Shown here: positions 49,222 through 64,000 of the stretch, piece by piece
How positions within the stretch are numbered: the stretch's first letter is position 1
How the letters are laid out: every line of letters begins with the position of its first letter
Position numbers and translations under genes: made by a program
Notes under the pieces: model-generated
What the model saw: the letters and a program-made list of their open reading frames with translations, nothing else
What the model was told of the DNA's origin: nothing
Database searches by the model: none
From: Tubulanus polymorphus
Lineage: Eukaryota > Animalia > Nemertea
Reading direction: 5' to 3'
Assembly: GCF_964204645.1 (NCBI RefSeq)
Contig: NC_134026.1
Span: forward strand, 10,191,950-10,255,949
DNA length: 64,000 nucleotides

Positions 49222-49882
49222 TGTGACCAAGTCAATAAAGATAAGACAGTTCCCAGGGTTTATTTCGCTCTGTTTCTACTTTTGTAGTTTGAGTTTGGCC
49301 CACTAAACTCGGAGCATCTCCTGACGTAGTCACGTTATGATTTAGTGGAAGGAAGCCCGTATTTTTTACAATAATTATATCCCCCTCTAAGCGGAATTAA
49401 GTTTATTTCCCGTGCTTCTGAAACTTTCCACGTCATCACGTTGTGTCATTTCGTAGGGAGCAGACGTGTGGGACTGTGTTCCCACCCTTATTTCGTTTCT
49501 GGGACTATTTCCTCTCCTTCTGGTGAGTAAAATTGTAGTTTACTATTTAATATAGTATCCGTTTAGATTCTAGGGGTAATTTGATTTATTTTAGCCCCTG
49601 GTCTCCCCTTCCACTGGTCATACCGTGACATTAATTTAAATTTATTTTTATTTCAGGGTTTTGTTCCTGTGCTCATTTTTCATTAAACCTTCGTTTTATC
49701 GAGGGGATAACCGAGTGTTTAATAGTAGCTCATCGGCGTATACGCAAATTATATATTTTTCTGGGGAACAGAATTCTTTTTGTATACCAGCGGAGAAAAA
49801 AACAGGAGATTGTGATACTGGGTACTTATAGCGTTTTTCTTAGTCACATCGATTTGAACCGAACACTCTGGTCTCCGTCACA
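49222..49882 (+). repeat. Gypsy 3' LTR (661 bp)
   Basis: Preceded by purine-rich aaagtgggg; aligns to the 5' LTR with several indels and substitutions. Confidence 0.93.
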
Positions 49883-49883
49883 T

Positions 49884-50018
49884 TAAACATCAGGACAAAC
49901 TGATAGAAGATATAAACATCAGAAAAAACTGATAGAAGAAGATATAAACATCAGAACAAACTGATAGAAGATATAAAAATCAGCAGAAACTGATAGCAGA
50001 AGATATCACTGATATCAG
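49884..50018 (+). repeat. 29-32 bp minisatellite, about 4 units
   Basis: taaacatcagRacaaactgatagaagata repeated. Confidence 0.8.
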
Positions 50019-52101
50019 ACTCTGGAGTAACCATAGTTATGACCTGTTTGCATATTCAACAAGGAGTGGGGACAGTTAAGGTATTCAAATATGCTTTTCC
50101 CTAGCAAGATACGACACACCGAATAACCTTTCCGCTACTATAAATCTTGATCCAATGTCAGTAAAACTTGCGCAGGTGAGATTGCTGTTGAAAAATTTGA
50201 CTAATCAGTAGGAATTTTTCGGGGACTAAAATGTTCTAGCACATTTTCCTATTAAGATCTCTCTAAAGCTCCTCCATCACATTAGTAAATAATGCATACA
50301 CATTTTGCGCTGCGCAAAAAATGTACCCTGCAGAATATAGGCTTCACATACAAGCCAGAAAGTGTGTTTAGGCCAAATGAACGAGCTGTGGAAAGCAACT
50401 ATGAATCTTATGAACATATCTGCAGCGTTAACAAGTACATGTAACTTCATCACCCTTGTCACATTTATTTGAGTAATTCTGTTCCTATTCTCTTTTATAT
50501 ATTAATTCTGTTCCTAATACTTCTCTTTTATACATTAATTCTAGTATTCTGATGTCATGCAGAAAGTGAGACTCGAATAACAAATCAACGGTTTCCTTTT
50601 CCAAAATTGATTTGCTAGCCACTACCACCAGCATTTTTGAAAAAACACTTGCGCAACATCAACGAAAGCAGCGTTAAGTGCACTAAGTTCACTGCACATT
50701 GGAGGATACTGCCATGCCTAAAATAATTCAAAATGTTAGGAATTCACCCATGCACAAGCCAAATTTTACAGTGCACAGTGTGTACGCATTTTTTGGCTCG
50801 CTGGGGGCCATAAGCCAGACTATTAATCAAGTACTTGCCTAGGTCGGACAAATATTTTATCCCTTGTCTCAAATTAAGTAAATTACAATCCCTATATCAG
50901 CGGAGTTGTTGGTTTTTTGTTTCAAAAGAGAAAAGAAAGATAACTCAGAACTTTGAGAAAAAGTTTGAAAGTTTGTCAGTGTCTACAATGGGTCGTAGTT
51001 GTCTGGTTTTCCTCTCGAAAGGTAATCCTGTAAAGGGAGCTATCCTTTATGCAAAGAAGTTCAATTTGGATTTTTCCAGTAATCCAACTTACTGATAGTC
51101 ATAATTTTTCTACATGGGACAGATTTTGCCTGTCACAATATTCCCAACGTTATGCTAGTTTTACAGAAACAGATATCAATCGAAGTTGGAAACAAAATTT
51201 GCAATTTGTCTGACTCGAGCAGCTTTTACTGTATTACTTTTCAACAACTTTCTAGTAGAGCGTGCACCTCTTTTATACATGATAAAATGAGATTTATTTC
51301 TTCTTGAAAATGAGAACAAAGGGCACCAAAATCAAAATATATATTCTCTATCTATTCTCAATCTTTTAACTGATATATTATCATTTTCAATGTCATCTAT
51401 TCTGACGAATGGCACAAAGCGGGTAAAAAGGCAACTGATACCTCAACCGTAATACTTATGTACTACTTTATACAACAGTCAAAATCCAGGTTTATTTAGT
51501 GAACTAGAGCTTCAGGATTGAAAAACTTATGTTAGAAATTGTTACCGTCATTCAAACAAAAGAGAGTTCATATTGTTGTTGACTTAGGCGTGCCCCTTCT
51601 GGAACCTGGACATGAACCCCTTTGTGAAATTCTAGATATGCCCATAATGCCTTTAAACGATGAACACAACAATATTTTTACATGAACCTTAGGTACTTGG
51701 ACACTGAAATTTTGGTTGACTGAAACCACATGACAATAGCGACCAACATATCGGTTGTAACCAAAATATCGGTTGTAAATGTTTAACTTTTTGAACAATG
51801 CTCACTACAACGCTACTACCCTCAGGCACAGGGCACAAGGCTAGCTCTGACAGTGAATTGGTTGAAATGTAGTAGGCCTATTCATTCAGCCAAAAACCAG
51901 CAGTAATGTACAGCCTAGACCCCAGACATCAACTATTGCTGTGAGAGCTTTTTCAGCATTTTGATGAATTGACCTATGTCTAGGTATTCGTAGTCAATTT
52001 ATTAGTTTCAATCGAAAATATCTGAACACAATTGAAGCCTCAACAATTGAAGACTGAGGGTTACATATAGACTGCAGAACGATACCTGCACAAAAAACCG
52101 A

Positions 52102-62467
<10,366 letters not shown>

Positions 62468-62734
62468 CGTGCAGGATTCTACTCGTCTTGGTACCCTTGT
62501 CTTCTTACAATTTCAAGTCCCTCCACCGTCCACCTTACGATTAACTACTCGGTTGACTAATCTACGCGTTAAATACGCTTTAAAAATAGAATTTGATGAC
62601 TAAAAAACGAAGAAATTATCTCATTTGCATTTCCGGGTGCGTTCTTAGACTGGTCGCCTGTTCAATTCTGCGCCAAGGTAAACACCGGTAACCAGTCAAG
62701 GTAAATAATAGACTGGTTACCGGTCTTATTCCAT

Positions 62735-63088
62735 CATCCTCGCTTGCCAGGGGTCAGGTATCACTCCCGAACTCGCATCCACCCCCGTCAAGGGATTCGA
62801 ACCCATTACGCTAAAGCTGTTCCCCGAACCCCTTGACCTCACGAGTCGTTGGAGTCGTTACTAGCCGACCAGAATCCGGTCGTACCAATCACAGCGCTTG
62901 TAACGAACCGTCAGTAGACTTTTGTTGGTTTTCCCGTTAAATTAACCAATCAGCGAACGTTTTACCGAACAAGGAAGTATTTCGCAAATCGATATATGAC
63001 GTCACGCGCAACAGCGCCAGTAATGAAATCACGCTTCGTGAGGCCAGGGGGCTCGGGAGTGATACCGGACCCCTGGCATGCGAGGATG
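62735..63088. mobile_element. MITE with TIRs of about 35 bp, just upstream of KCTD10
   Basis: catcctcgcttgccaggggtcaggtatcactcccga / tcgggagtgataccggacccctggcatgcgaggatg. A third TIR-like copy starts at about 63108. Confidence 0.75.
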
Positions 63089-64000
63089 GCTTCCACCCAG
63101 CCCCCTGATCCTCGCTTGCCAGGGGTCCGCACTATAGTATTTCGTTTCTGCGCGTTAAAATTCGTTTTTGCGGGGAAGCGACAACGAAAGTATGGTTTTG
63201 TTAGGGCTCAAAAACGGATTCTATGGCGCAAAAACGAAAAATCATAGAACAAAAACGAATATTTTCAAAACAAAAAGTTCGTTTTGAGCGGTAGCAAAAA
63301 CGAAGTTTTCGTTTTTACTCTATACGTAGGTTTCGTTTTGTGTTTTTCGATAATCGAGGTCGTGTAAAAATTAATGCATTAGGCCCTTATCGACCACCAT
63401 AGTTAACACACTGATACATGGGTCATTCTACGCGAGTAGCTGCTTTTCTAAGCAGATACTGGATAAATAATTTTTCAATAATTTCCGCCAAAAAAATTAA
63501 TGCATGAACGTTTATGGTCAGGACCTTATTAATCTATGTTCAGCAGTGACCAAGGCATGGCAAGATGGCCGCTATGACGTCATGAAACTGTGACGTCACA
63601 GGAAAAATCATCTCCGTCACGTCAAGAATTTGTTGAAAAAATCGACGTAAAACGCATAGTGTGAAAGAGAAACAAATTTTTCAAAATGGCCAATATAGTT
63701 CGTAATTTCTATAAGTAGACTATCGTTGAATTATGATATATTTTTGCATTTATTTACTTTCAAGTTTGTGTAAAAGAATTGTATGCATAAGATAATTTGA
63801 AGGATTTTTATGAGAAATATACAAATATTAAGTTTAGAAAAAATATTTTTGTCGAGAGAACACAGGTTAACTACATTTAAAAGGAATGTGTTATTTATTT
63901 AAACTACTAAAAGGAATGTATTATTTATTTAAACTACTTTATAACTTATTATACAAATTTTTAGTTTTTAGCTCTATTTTCCGTAATGGAGATGAATCTT

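Larger units (their letters stand above)
44367..49882 (+). mobile_element. Gypsy (Ty3) LTR retrotransposon, internally deleted
   Basis: LTRs at 44367-45058 and 49222-49882 (TGTGACC..GTCACA). PBS at 45061. Gag from ATG 46405, zinc knuckle CFHCRQKGHIKRNC, protease LVDTGS, RT (SPYASPIVLV, DYRALN, MPFGMTNSPATFQR, FLDD). No RNase H or integrase before the 3' LTR. Flanks ataa / ttaa. Confidence 0.95.

Overview
AT-rich, intron-containing animal genomic DNA, probably from an invertebrate (a spiralian is suggested by the repeat types and the GPCR type, but this is inference). Three host genes can be built by hand. (1) A 14-exon ABCB half-transporter (+, 11031-35025, 811 aa) with an ABCB9/TAPL-like N-terminal TMD0. 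(2) An intronless rhodopsin-class, FMRFamide-receptor-like GPCR (+, 31631-32632) nested on the same strand inside the last intron of the transporter. (3) A complete 5-exon KCTD10/KCTD13/TNFAIP1-family (BACURD) gene (-, 62467-52102, 288 aa). The rest is dominated by transposons: a decayed BEL/Pao element with its 3' LTR, an internally deleted Gypsy element with both LTRs and a tRNA-Ser PBS, a Penelope-like RT fragment, several CR1/L2-type LINE fragments, many MITEs (hAT, Kolobok, Tc1/pogo, P-like, PIF-like), Helitron/Helentron-like elements, and a 31-bp satellite array carried inside a Helentron-like element. Two multi-layer transposon nests can be reconstructed. There is no CRISPR array or prokaryotic system. 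All coordinates and alignments were made by eye, and family comparisons rest on recalled sequences.
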